From an uncultured Nitrospirales bacterium (GTDB lineage Bacteria; Hydrogenedentota; Hydrogenedentia; Hydrogenedentales; CAITNO01), in contig CAZOMH010000001.1 in assembly GCA_964580415.1 (NCBI GenBank), positions 1 to 33,308 of the forward strand: DNA of 33,308 nt, read 5' to 3'. This document shows, piece by piece, positions 1 to 9,122 of this stretch. Both the position numbers and the translations under genes were made by a program. The notes below the pieces were generated by a model. It was not told the DNA's origin and ran no database searches. It saw only the letters and a program-made list of their open reading frames with translations. Within the stretch, counting starts at the first letter, position 1, and the number at the start of each line of letters is the position of its first letter.

Positions 1-3000
1 CACGTAGAGCGGTTTTGTGCCGTATCCGGGACTGCTGGCGTCCACCGAAATCTGGTCCTGCCCTTTCATCGGGCCGGACGTTGTCAGTTGGGTTGAGAAC
101 TTCAGCACATACCGCCCGTCGGCACCGGTCCTGACCTCTGCCCGGGGATCACGATCAGCACGGTCGGGACCCTGGTTGCGCCACACGACGATGTGACCCC
201 GGACCAGGGCGTTGGCGATGGGGTTGCCTGAGGCGGCGTCCTTGACTGTTCCCCCAACCGTGACGGCGGTATCGGCAGACGAGATCACCGGTTGGATTGT
301 TTTGGCCTGCCCAGGCGGCGTTTGCGCCGGAGCAAGGGGTGTCATGGAAACATTGTCGAACCACGCCGTGCCCGACCGCACCTCAAGTTGCAGGTAGGGC
401 ATGTCCTTCACCAGCGCAGTGTCCGTGGACCATTGGACGGGTCCCCGCATGCCGGTGCCGTCGTTCAGCGTGACCGCCAGTGTTTGCCTTCCCTGCTCTT
501 CCTGAAGGGTGAGCTCCACGCGGTACCACTTGGCCGGTTCCATGTGGAGCTCGTTGGTGGATTGGCCTTGCGACACCACGCCGCCCGCGGCAACAGGCTC
601 CAGCCCCTTGATCTCGCCGGGCGGGGTGGTGTCGAAGAGGATGAGTCCCGGCGCCTTCCAGCTGGGTTCCCGGCGCACCCCGACCACGCAGGCGGTTTCC
701 GGGTTCCCGCTTTCAAGATACACGTCGAAGGCGATGCGGAAGGGCGGGATAACATTGGTCAAGAGATGCGCCAAAGGCGACCATGTCGGACTGTCCCCGT
801 GCAGCCGCAGCGTGTTGCCGTGCGTCTCCTTGAATGTTGTGTCGTCCACATGGCAGACACTGTGGTTGGTCGCATTTCCATCCGGAATCCAGGAATCGGG
901 CCACGTGTCTTTTCCACCGGCGTGGCGTTCAAAGTCCTCTTTCCGGGAGTCTTGCCGTGCGTCCGGCGGGAGGGCTGCTTGCGCGATACGTTCCTGCCTT
1001 ATGGTCGGACCTGGAGCAGTCGTGGCCTTGGCGAAACTGGTGAGCGCAACGGCGGAGTCATCGGAAAACACGAAGCTCATGTCGCCGTTGGAGGCCTCCA
1101 CGATGGATTTCATGAACTGGAGGCCGTTCGCCTTCGCCATGAAACACCTTGGCGTTGCCGTTTGCGGGGCCGTGTAATCAACCGTCAGCTGCAATCCGGA
1201 CGCACATTTGAACAACGTGACGAGTTCGCCGGCGCCTTCGGCACGAACATCCTCCGGCTTCAGATACACCGCAAACTGTTCTTCTGTCAGGCGTTTCGTG
1301 ATCCGCTCCGGCAGCGCAGCGCGCGCGCCAACCCTGTTTGCAGGTTCGAACGGAAGGTCTTTGGGAATTGCCGGTCCTTCAAACCGAAGCGCCGATTCGC
1401 GCGCGGCCACCAGGAATCCGTAGTCGCGCAGCACAAAACACACCTGCCCGCCCGTCATGTCCGATACGGCCTGCATGATCTCCACCGGGGATTTGCCAAT
1501 CAAACCGTACGGGTTGAGTGTGGCGTCGGTCTGCATGGCGAAGCCCAGTTGGGAGGCGGCCGAAAGCATTTCGACAATCCCGGAGAGTGCCAGTCCAACC
1601 CCGTCACGGTTGTTCGTGATGTTAAGCTGCTGCTGCGACAGCGCCCGGACAACAGATTCCGGAAGGGGCTCCCGTTCGCCTTTCACGCCGTCTTGCACGC
1701 CGGGCGCGAAAGGCGTGTCTGCCGGAATGGCCGCGCCGGGAATGCTCTTTGCCTGCTCAACGCTGGTGGCCATGAGTCCATAGGGAAGCACGATAAAACA
1801 GGCTTTCCCGCCCGACTTGGCAATCAACTCTTCCATGGCCTGCAGCGGGGTTGCCTCCGAAAGGGCAAACGCTTCAAAGTGCGGCAGGTCTTTCCCGACA
1901 GCGGAGGTTTCGGCGGTCATCCACAGCATATCTATCAATTCCTGGAGACTGCTTATGGTGCCGGACATTGTCTTCGTGGAGAGTGCGGCCCGAAGGGTTT
2001 CGGGGAACTCCGGGCGGCCCTGTGCAGTCGGTGAAGAAACTTGGTTGTCCGCGCGAAGTTCCGTTTCCTTGACGGGGTCTGTCTTGTCTTTGGGAGCCGA
2101 CGCCGCAGGCAGGCCGAGCACGCCGATGGCCACGAGCGCGGCGCCTGTGGCCATGCTGAGCCACAGGGTCATGCGCGTGCGTCGTCCGCTCAGGATGCGC
2201 TGGACGCGGCGGTGGAAGTTCGATTCGGCGGCGGCGAAGGTGTTGACCAGCAGCCGGCGGGTGATGCCGCATTTCATCTCGGCCACGCGGGTCAGGCTGT
2301 CGGCATAGGCCGCCGCGCCCGCCCCGTCGGCGTCGCCGTAGGCGGAAACGACCATGTCATCACACGCGGCTTCGGCCTCGCGGCGCATCATCCAGCCGCA
2401 CATCCATACCACGGGATGGAAGAAGAAGAGCATTTCTGCCAGCCGCTGGACAAGCAGCACGAGGTTGTCCCAGCGCCGGGCGTGGGCGAGTTCATGGGTG
2501 ATAATCAACTTGAGCTGCGCCGGGGTGAGCGCGGCGGCCATGGTCTCGGGCAGCAGGATGACGGGGCGGAAAATGCCCGCCAGCACGGGGCCGTGGCACA
2601 CGGTCGTTGTGGCAATGGCCACGCGGCGTCGCATGCGCAGCGTGGCGGACGCTTCGGCCACCAAACCGGCCAGCGTGCCTTCCCGCTGCGTCCGGGCCGT
2701 GCCCCGAAGAAACGCCACATAGGCGCATCCAAGCAGCAGCCGCAGTCCCAGCAGCGACGCGATCAGTCCCCAGGCCAGCATCGCCATCCCGTAGCGGTCC
2801 ACCTGCCGCCAGACGGGCGGTGTTTCCAGTCGCGGCGCAACGGTGGCGGGCGCCGCTTCCGGAAGCGCCGCCGCCGGCAGCGGGAGCGGCGTCTGCGCCG
2901 TCTGCACGACCGTCGGCGGGGGTGTGAAGAAGGCTTCCGGCGCGGGCGGCCATAAGAATGCATACAGCGACAGCGGCGACGCCACGAGGAACGTGAGCAC

Positions 3001-3177
3001 GGGCTTGGCCAGCAGCAGCCCCCAGAACAGGTGGCGCAGCGCCGGCGATTTTACGCGCAGCACATAGAGCGCTATCAGCACCACCCCGGCCAGAATGGCC
3101 AGTTCCATGCTCATGCGGCCCAACTGCGCCACGAGCCACCGGCCCGATTCGTTCAGCAAAAGCATTGCGGAATTCAT
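1..3177 (-). CDS. BlaR1-like M56-family membrane metallopeptidase / signal transducer; the 3' end runs off the left window edge (at least 1059 aa)
   Basis: Absent from the ORF track because no stop codon lies inside the window. Hand translation of the minus strand from ATG 3177 (GGGGAGAA 4 nt upstream, 21 nt after the blaI-like stop) stays open to position 1: MNSAMLLLNESGRWLVAQLGRMSMELAILAGVVLIALYVL... It has N-terminal TM helices and a zinc-peptidase HExxH motif in LKLIITHELAHARRWDN (about nt 2465-2503). A long extracytoplasmic part follows with three similar segments of about 80 aa, ending in a carboxypeptidase-regulatory-like segment (VTVGGTVKDAASGNPIANALV...TGADGRYVLKF). No competing minus ORF is listed in this frame. 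Confidence 0.85.
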   Translation of the reverse strand, partial: MNSAMLLLNESGRWLVAQLGRMSMELAILAGVVLIALYVLRVKSPALRHLFWGLLLAKPVLTFLVASPLSLYAFLWPPAPEAFFTPPPTVVQTAQTPLPLPAAALPEAAPATVAPRLETPPVWRQVDRYGMAMLAWGLIASLLGLRLLLGCAYVAFLRGTARTQREGTLAGLVAEASATLRMRRRVAIATTTVCHGPVLAGIFRPVILLPETMAAALTPAQLKLIITHELAHARRWDNLVLLVQRLAEMLFFFHPVVWMCGWMMRREAEAACDDMVVSAYGDADGAGAAAYADSLTRVAEMKCGITRRLLVNTFAAAESNFHRRVQRILSGRRTRMTLWLSMATGAALVAIGVLGLPAASAPKDKTDPVKETELRADNQVSSPTAQGRPEFPETLRAALSTKTMSGTISSLQELIDMLWMTAETSAVGKDLPHFEAFALSEATPLQAMEELIAKSGGKACFIVLPYGLMATSVEQAKSIPGAAIPADTPFAPGVQDGVKGEREPLPESVVRALSQQQLNITNNRDGVGLALSGIVEMLSAASQLGFAMQTDATLNPYGLIGKSPVEIMQAVSDMTGGQVCFVLRDYGFLVAARESALRFEGPAIPKDLPFEPANRVGARAALPERITKRLTEEQFAVYLKPEDVRAEGAGELVTLFKCASGLQLTVDYTAPQTATPRCFMAKANGLQFMKSIVEASNGDMSFVFSDDSAVALTSFAKATTAPGPTIRQERIAQAALPPDARQDSRKEDFERHAGGKDTWPDSWIPDGNATNHSVCHVDDTTFKETHGNTLRLHGDSPTWSPLAHLLTNVIPPFRIAFDVYLESGNPETACVVGVRREPSWKAPGLILFDTTPPGEIKGLEPVAAGGVVSQGQSTNELHMEPAKWYRVELTLQEEQGRQTLAVTLNDGTGMRGPVQWSTDTALVKDMPYLQLEVRSGTAWFDNVSMTPLAPAQTPPGQAKTIQPVISSADTAVTVGGTVKDAASGNPIANALVRGHIVVWRNQGPDRADRDPRAEVRTGADGRYVLKFSTQLTTSGPMKGQDQISVDASSPGYGTKPLYV

Positions 3178-3198
3178 GTGATTCTCCCCAACCCGTCT

Positions 3199-3585
3199 TC
3201 AACCCTTGAGACGGCGGTTCAGTTCCCTTCGGATTGCCTCTATCTCCTCGGTATTTACCTGTTCCGAGTCCAGCAACTGGCTGACCAGCGCATACGCCGA
3301 TCCGGCAAAGAACCGGTTCATAACATCGCGGAGCAGGCCGCCGCTGATTTGCTCGCGCGAAACAGCGGGGCGGTACAGGTCCGTGCGTCCGTCGCGGGTG
3401 CTGGTGAGAAACCCCTTGTCCCGCAGGATGCCCATCATGGTCAGCACCGTGTTGCGGGCCATGGGCCGGACCGGTTTGAGGTGTTCCTGCACACCCCGCA
3501 CCGTGGTCTCTCCCAGTTCCCAGACTGCGTCCATAATCACGGCCTCCAGCTCCGTGAGTCTTTGCGTGCCGCGTTTCCTGTTCAT
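3199..3585 (-). CDS. BlaI/MecI/CopY-family winged-helix transcriptional repressor (128 aa)
   Basis: Track ORF. LTELEAVIMDAVWELGETTVRGVQEHL...RNTVLTMMGILRDKGFLT...GRTDLYRPAVSRE is the typical penicillinase-repressor pattern. AAGGAG lies 4 nt before the ATG. The gene sits directly upstream of the M56 peptidase gene, the canonical pairing. Confidence 0.9.
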   Translation of the reverse strand: MNRKRGTQRLTELEAVIMDAVWELGETTVRGVQEHLKPVRPMARNTVLTMMGILRDKGFLTSTRDGRTDLYRPAVSREQISGGLLRDVMNRFFAGSAYALVSQLLDSEQVNTEEIEAIRRELNRRLKG

Positions 3586-3598
3586 GGCGCTCCTTTCA

Positions 3599-3646
3599 TG
3601 ACTAAGCTCTTAGTCAAACCTTACCACGAATTTTCCCGGCTGTCAA
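3599..3646 (-). promoter_or_regulatory. Putative sigma70-type promoter with an adjacent 18-bp palindrome; candidate autoregulatory operator of the blaI-like gene
   Basis: Read on the minus strand: TTGACA (3646-3641), 17-nt spacer, TAAGGT (3623-3618). One nt later comes the perfect inverted repeat TGACTAAG-nn-CTTAGTCA (3599-3616), followed by the SD and ATG at 3585. Confidence 0.5.
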
Positions 3647-3855
3647 CTAAAACATTAGGCATCAATTCCCCCGCTGTGGCGGGCCCCATTGGACGGCGCG
3701 TAACCCGCATTTTTTGCCGCATTGCGCCGCGGAATTGGCGCCCCATTTTCCTCAAACAAATTTTGCGGGAAATTAGCCTTATTCATCCGGTATACTATCC
3801 ACTTCGTTAAATTGGCCTGAGGCTTCTCGATTGGTTGCCAGACCGGGGTAGTACG

Positions 3856-5556
3856 ATGAACATCCTGACCAAACTTGCTATCAAACTTCATGTGCTCCAT
3901 TGGCGGATGACGTGGACCAAACACGATTCCCATTACCCCTCGCCGGTGAAGGACAATCCGAAATTCATGACGGCCTGGCAGGCGGTGGACCTGATCAAGG
4001 ACGGCGCGGTCATGGCAACATCGGGACTGGCCGGCAACCAGCGCTGTTCCCTGATGTATTGGGCGATGCGGGAGAAGTTCCAAGCCGGGCAGCATCCCGC
4101 CAACGTCACGGTCATCAGCGTCGGAGGCCAGGGTGCCCGGGGCAAGATGCCCGGCTCGCTGGAGGAGATCGGGCTGGAAGGGCTGAACACGCGCCTGTTC
4201 ACCGGCCACGCCGAAACGTTCAAGGCCCAGCTCAAACTGGCGGACGAGGGCAGGCTGGAGCTGCAAATAATGCCCCAGGGCACGCTCACGCTGCTGCTCA
4301 AGGGACAGGCCGAGGGGCGCGACCACGTCATCAACAGCACCGGCACCGGCACCCTGATTGATCCGCGCACGGGCCGGGGCACCCCGTTCACACCGGGCGC
4401 GCCGCAATATGTCGAGGTGCTGGAAGACGGCCGGTTCAAGTACCACCTCCCCAAGATTGACACGGCCGTGTTCAGCGCGCCCGCGGCGGACCGCAGGGGC
4501 AACATCTACATGAAGAACTGCTCCGTGCTCGCCGAGAGCTGGGAAATCGCGAAGGCGGCCCGGCGCAACGGCGGCAAAGTCATCGTCAATGTCGGACTCA
4601 TTGTGGACGAAGGCTACGACGAGGTGTTCCTCCCGGCGGACGCGGTGGACGCCGTGGTGTACTGGCCCGGCGTGGAGCAGACGGGAACGGTCAAGCACCG
4701 GAAGTACTGGGAACTGTTCACCACGAACAGCACCATGGAGATCGACGAGGGCATAGCCCGCGTGCGCATCGTGAACGACATGCTCGGCATCACGCCGCGC
4801 CGCAAGCCCGTCGATAATCTGCTGGCGCGGCTCGCCACGAAAATATTCACGGACAACGCCCGTGCCGGCGACCATGTCGATATCGGCGTCGGCCTGCCCG
4901 AAGAGGTGTCGCGCGTTCTTTATGAGATCGGCGCGATAAAGCACATCACCATGATCAACGAGAGCGGCGTTTTCGGCGGCATGGCCGCGCCGGGCATCTT
5001 CTTCGGCGCGGCGATCAACCCCACCGAGATCGTGTCGTCGGCCACCGCATTCGAACGGGTCTACCAGCGTCTCGACTGGGCCATCCTGGGCGCGCTTGAA
5101 ACGGACAGCGCGGGCAACATCAACGTGTCCAAGCGCGGCGAGGGCGCGCGCAACTACGTCGGCCCCGGCGGTTTCATCGACCTGGTCACCAACGCCAAGT
5201 CGCTCATCTTCTGCAGTGCCTGGGGCGAGCGGGCCAGGATCGAGGTGCAGGACGGCAGGGTCGGCGTGGCGGAGCGGGGCACCCCCAAGTATGTCGACAA
5301 GGTCAGCGAAATCACGTTCAACGGCGCCGAGGCGTTGAAGCAGGGGAAGAAGGTGTTCTATGTCACCCACGTGGGCGCGTTCCAGCTCACCAAACGCGGC
5401 ATGGAGCTGATCTACGTGATGCCCGGCATTGACGTGCAGAAGGACATTATCGATGCGTGCCCCATGCGCATTGTGCTCCCCAAAAACGGCGCCCCGGTCG
5501 TTGTGGGGCCGGAGATTGTGACGGGCAGGAACTTCCGCTGCGAGATGAAGGCGTAG
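3856..5556 (+). CDS. Family-I CoA-transferase (fused alpha/beta, acyl-CoA:acetate / 3-ketoacid CoA-transferase-like, YdiF-type)
   Basis: Track ORF 3835..5556, trimmed to the first ATG (MNILTKL...). Supporting segments: AWQAVDLIKDGAVMATSG, SAPAADRRGNIYM, the catalytic-glutamate-type segment MINESGVFGG, and NYVGPGGFIDL. The length is typical of fused CoA-transferases. The start could be a later Met. Confidence 0.75.
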   Translation: MNILTKLAIKLHVLHWRMTWTKHDSHYPSPVKDNPKFMTAWQAVDLIKDGAVMATSGLAGNQRCSLMYWAMREKFQAGQHPANVTVISVGGQGARGKMPGSLEEIGLEGLNTRLFTGHAETFKAQLKLADEGRLELQIMPQGTLTLLLKGQAEGRDHVINSTGTGTLIDPRTGRGTPFTPGAPQYVEVLEDGRFKYHLPKIDTAVFSAPAADRRGNIYMKNCSVLAESWEIAKAARRNGGKVIVNVGLIVDEGYDEVFLPADAVDAVVYWPGVEQTGTVKHRKYWELFTTNSTMEIDEGIARVRIVNDMLGITPRRKPVDNLLARLATKIFTDNARAGDHVDIGVGLPEEVSRVLYEIGAIKHITMINESGVFGGMAAPGIFFGAAINPTEIVSSATAFERVYQRLDWAILGALETDSAGNINVSKRGEGARNYVGPGGFIDLVTNAKSLIFCSAWGERARIEVQDGRVGVAERGTPKYVDKVSEITFNGAEALKQGKKVFYVTHVGAFQLTKRGMELIYVMPGIDVQKDIIDACPMRIVLPKNGAPVVVGPEIVTGRNFRCEMKA

Positions 5557-5602
5557 CAGGAGGCTTGTCCGGGGCTTTCCCGCGCAAATCGGCGGCCGCG
5601 CA

Positions 5603-5887
5603 TCAGACCGTCGGCATCCTTGGGATTTCGGGCCGCGACGGACCTGTCCGGGTGTCTTTCTCCATGTTTCGGTCCATAAGGTCCGTTTTTGTCCTGATCA
5701 TGACCATGCTTGCCAGTACGGCAATAATCGCTGCCAGTATGGCGAGGAGAGGTATCATTGAGGCCGCTCTCACGCCCTTTGGCGAACTCCTGAATTTGAA
5801 TACCCCGTAGACCGCATAAACAAGGATGGCTGCAAACAGGACCGACAAAGCCGCAATCAATGCCTTCATTTGAAACATTTCGCCCAT
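5603..5887 (-). CDS. Small hypothetical membrane protein (94 aa, two predicted TM helices)
   Basis: Track ORF with two hydrophobic stretches (ALIAALSVLFAAILVYAVYGV and MIPLLAILAAIIAVLASMVMI). GAGGAAGAAAAGGA lies just upstream of the ATG. It starts 42 nt downstream of the DUF5107 gene on the same strand. No family recognised. Confidence 0.55.
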   Translation of the reverse strand: MGEMFQMKALIAALSVLFAAILVYAVYGVFKFRSSPKGVRAASMIPLLAILAAIIAVLASMVMIRTKTDLMDRNMEKDTRTGPSRPEIPRMPTV

Positions 5888-5929
5888 CGTCCTTTTCTTC
5901 CTCTGTGGCCAGGCCGGACTGAAGTTGGG

Positions 5930-8900
5930 CTATTTTCCCAACGCCTCCAGCGCTTCTTTGCACTTTTTCACATGCTCATCCTGCGCGGGCGTGACGGTAA
6001 TGAAGGTGGCGGGCGGGTCGGCGGCGCACAGTTGCGACGCGCCTTCCTGCCATTGTGTCCGCGCCTCTTCCGCGCGGCCCAGCGCCTGAAGCGTCTTGCC
6101 GTTCCAGTAACATATCTCGGCATCGGTGCGCTTGTAGCGCCGGCCCACGCCCAGGTTGGCGGGGTAGGTGAGCGCCGCCTGGAAATCGGCCAGCGCTTCC
6201 GCGTTCCTGCCCGCTTCGAGCCGCATTTTGCCCCGCTCCAGCAGCGCGGTCACCCAGGTGTCACGGGGCGCGGTGACACCTTCCCAGTTTGAAAAGCGCG
6301 CTTCGTTGAAGAAGGTGATGCAGTCGTCGTAGCGCTTCTCGTCCAGATAGGCCCTGCCCTGCCACAGGCCCAAATCATACCGCTTGAGCACGTCGCGCGG
6401 GAATTTTTCGGCCAGCAGTATTGCCTCCGGACGTTTGTTGAGGGCCGTGAGCACTTCTGCAAGATCGCGCAGCACAATCTGGTCGTTCGGCAGCGCCGCC
6501 AGCGCCTGGCGGTAACAGGATTCGGCCCTCTTCAGGTTGTTGCCCTTTTTCCAGCAGTGCAAACCGAGCAGACGCCACGCCTGGCCGGTGTTGGAATCGA
6601 GTTCGACCGATTTCTCCCAGCACGCAACCGCATCCTCAATGCGGTGCAGACCGGCCAGGGTGATGCCGAGCAGGTACTGCGCCCGGGCGTCCCCCGGCCG
6701 CGCTTTCACCGCCCACTGAAGCACCTCCAGCGCGTCCGTGCCGTGGGGGAAGAAGCGGGTCAGCGGCTTCCCCGGCGCCCGGTCCAGAAACGCGTCCCCG
6801 TCCTTCTCCTGACGGGCCAGACAGTAGGCCAGGAAATAGTCCGGATAAGGCCCGCAGTTCTGGAAAAAGTCGGTGCTGTCTCCGAGGCGCTGGAGAACCG
6901 TTTCCGCCTTGTCATACATGCCGAGGCTGGCGAGAAACGCCGCGGCGTCCAGCGCGGCGCATCCGGCATTCTGTCCCAGCATGCCGAGACGCCGGACACA
7001 GTCTTCGGGCGCGTTGATGGCGAGCCCCCGGATGACCGCGGTTAGGGTGCTTGTCGCGTCCGCCTCGTCCGTGTCGCGCGCGATGCTTTCGGCATTCCCG
7101 CCGGGGGAATAACGGAGTGCAAGGGCGGCAAGATACGGGCTGTTGCGCGCCTTGCCCGGGTGGACGCCCGCCGCCTGCTCAAACGCGGCCCGCGCCTCCC
7201 CGAAATGGTTCATCCGGGCCTCGGCGCGGCCGACCAGATTCAGCGCCGCGGCCGCGGCGCTGTCCAATTGCGCCGCTTTCGCGCCGCAGGCGCGCGCCTC
7301 TTCAAACCGCCCCTGGCGCAGGCAGGCAATTCCCAACTGGTACCATGCGGCGCCGTTTCCCGAATCCTTTTCCGTGGCCTTTCGGGCGTTGGCTTCGGCC
7401 TCGGGATAGCTCCCCTGCTCGTTGTCCAGCACGGCCAGGGCGCAAAGCGTCTTGACATGATCGGGGTCCGTGACGAGTGCCTTCTCGTATCCCTCGCGCG
7501 CCTTGACGGGGTTGGACTGGCTGTCAAGCAAGTACGCCTCCCGGAAGAGTTCGTCGGCGGTCCCGGCCGGTTTCTTCGCGAGATCGGGAGGCTCCACCCT
7601 CGGGATGGCCAGCGGCGTGTCGTATTCGAGCAGTGTTCCCTTTCCCTTTGACCAGACGCGCACATGGGCCGGGCCGTCGGCGACGGGCGCGGCCGTCACC
7701 CGGCAGGGTGCGGCCGGCGTGAGCGCTGCGGGACTTTCCGCCAGCACCCTGCCCCCCTGGCTGACTGTGCATAAGGCGTCTGGAAACAGGCCCGCGCCCA
7801 GAATGTCCAAAAACAGGGCGCCGTCCCGGCGCTCCGCCTGAACCACGGCGTCGCGCGTGGCGAATTCGAAACCCTGGCCGAGCCCGTGCGCCGGATACCA
7901 GCATTCGTTCCACTCCACCGATTCCTGCGGCTGGAGCATGCCGTAATCGGCCTGCGTGAGCAGCGGGCCGCTCTGTACCTCGATATACTGGCTCTCCTCG
8001 GGACCCGCTTCGGTCAGGGACATTTCGCTGGCGATCCCAAAATCGTCCCCGCCCCAGGTCCACGCCTTCTTGCCGGGAACCTTGTGGTGGTCCGCGGCGG
8101 ACACGATGCCGCGGTTCCGGCCGGCGTCGTAGGCGCCGAAAAAGTCAAAGTCCACCTTGTACCCGAAGACGGAGGTCATCGTCTCGTAGTTCTTGAGCCA
8201 GGTGATGTCCTTTCCCTTGAACTCGGGCCAGGTGAAGAAACTCGTCCCCGCGTGGTCGCACCCGAGCGTCATCGGATAGATGAACCGCGTGCCTTTCAGG
8301 CGGGGAAAGGACGTGTTGTTCCAGAAGTAATAGGGCTGCACACCGTCCGTGGGGTTGCTCAGGCGGATGCTCTCGTCAAGGCAGGCCCTGTCTTTCCACA
8401 GCGTCAGCCGCACTTCCCACCGCGTGCCAAAGGTCTTGTCCGCGGCGCCGACAATGATCGTCGCCTCCCCGCCGGCACCCGCGCACACTTTCCCGACAAC
8501 GGGTTCCATGATGAACACCGTGTGGCTTTGGGGCCCCGCGTTCCATTCGATGCCGCCCGATATCCACGCGCCCCGCATGGCGATGAGCGCGGGCTTGATC
8601 ACGTCGTTCTTGTGGAACATCTCCTCATTGGTCGTCTTGTCCAGGACAGAGTAGATGCGCCCGCCCAGTTCGGGAATGCAGGTCACCCGCAGAAAGGGGT
8701 TTTCCAGGTTCAGCGTCCTGTAGGTGCGGTCCTTCCTGACGCCAGTCAGGTAATCCTGCCGGGTCCAGGGATAGTAGATGAAGTTCTCGTACTCCTGAAA
8801 TACCGGGTGTCCGTCTTCCTCCCATCCGTAGGTGGGCAGGGTAATTTGGTCTTCCCAGTAGGCGAGCCCGTCCGACGCTTCGGGCCGTCCCGCCAAAGCC

Positions 8901-8941
8901 ATGAGCCCAATCACTACCGACACGCCGATTCCGTGCAGCAT
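5930..8941 (-). CDS. Secreted DUF5107-like domain protein with a C-terminal TPR repeat region
   Basis: Track ORF 5930..8965. I prefer the second ATG at 8941 because AAGGAG lies 6 nt upstream and it gives the signal-like N-terminus MLHGIGVSVVIGLMALAG. The N-terminal ~400 aa (LPTYGWEEDGHPVF...YPWTRQDYLT...GGIEWNAGPQSHT) matches my memory of DUF5107. The C-terminal ~550 aa is a run of TPR-like helices (AWYQLGIACLRQGRFEEA, YLLGITLAGLHRIEDA, and others). Confidence 0.8.
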   Translation of the reverse strand: MLHGIGVSVVIGLMALAGRPEASDGLAYWEDQITLPTYGWEEDGHPVFQEYENFIYYPWTRQDYLTGVRKDRTYRTLNLENPFLRVTCIPELGGRIYSVLDKTTNEEMFHKNDVIKPALIAMRGAWISGGIEWNAGPQSHTVFIMEPVVGKVCAGAGGEATIIVGAADKTFGTRWEVRLTLWKDRACLDESIRLSNPTDGVQPYYFWNNTSFPRLKGTRFIYPMTLGCDHAGTSFFTWPEFKGKDITWLKNYETMTSVFGYKVDFDFFGAYDAGRNRGIVSAADHHKVPGKKAWTWGGDDFGIASEMSLTEAGPEESQYIEVQSGPLLTQADYGMLQPQESVEWNECWYPAHGLGQGFEFATRDAVVQAERRDGALFLDILGAGLFPDALCTVSQGGRVLAESPAALTPAAPCRVTAAPVADGPAHVRVWSKGKGTLLEYDTPLAIPRVEPPDLAKKPAGTADELFREAYLLDSQSNPVKAREGYEKALVTDPDHVKTLCALAVLDNEQGSYPEAEANARKATEKDSGNGAAWYQLGIACLRQGRFEEARACGAKAAQLDSAAAAALNLVGRAEARMNHFGEARAAFEQAAGVHPGKARNSPYLAALALRYSPGGNAESIARDTDEADATSTLTAVIRGLAINAPEDCVRRLGMLGQNAGCAALDAAAFLASLGMYDKAETVLQRLGDSTDFFQNCGPYPDYFLAYCLARQEKDGDAFLDRAPGKPLTRFFPHGTDALEVLQWAVKARPGDARAQYLLGITLAGLHRIEDAVACWEKSVELDSNTGQAWRLLGLHCWKKGNNLKRAESCYRQALAALPNDQIVLRDLAEVLTALNKRPEAILLAEKFPRDVLKRYDLGLWQGRAYLDEKRYDDCITFFNEARFSNWEGVTAPRDTWVTALLERGKMRLEAGRNAEALADFQAALTYPANLGVGRRYKRTDAEICYWNGKTLQALGRAEEARTQWQEGASQLCAADPPATFITVTPAQDEHVKKCKEALEALGK

Positions 8942-9006
8942 GGGAGACTCCTTCCGTGTTGCCATCCATCAAGGTGTTCTTTTCATGCGCGGAAGACCGC
9001 GGTACC

Positions 9007-9122
9007 CGCCGGGCCCTGTGCCCCGGCATGGCAAGTGCCGCGCTTTCAGCGCTCCGTTTCCTTATTGGCATCCTCCCCGGGCCTTGCGGCCCGGGCTGAT
9101 AAGTGCCGCGCCTACAGCGCTC
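9007..9122. repeat. Duplicated composite element: GC hairpin, 5 nt, then a 23-bp box AAGTGCCGCGC-N-CA-GCGCTCC; two copies 68 bp apart
   Basis: Unit 1 is hairpin GCCGGG/CCCGGC (9007-9026) plus box 9032-9054 (aagtgccgcgctttcagcgctcc). Unit 2 is hairpin CCCGGGCC-ttgc-GGCCCGGG (9075-9094) plus box 9100-9122 (aagtgccgcgcctacagcgctcc). Both lie upstream of the DUF5107 gene. Confidence 0.7.

Noticed and set aside
292-2955. Long plus-strand ORFs 292..2034 (580 aa) and 2041..2955 (304 aa)
   Set aside because: Their translations are Arg/Gly/His-rich low-complexity strings with no motifs. They lie antisense to a minus-strand frame that reads as a coherent BlaR1-like protein with an HExxH motif. These are typical shadow ORFs of high-G+C DNA.
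3655-5370. Minus-strand ORF of 571 aa opposite the CoA-transferase gene
   Set aside because: It has antisense-shadow composition (many R, G, A, H, D) and no recognisable domain. The plus frame has clear CoA-transferase motifs.
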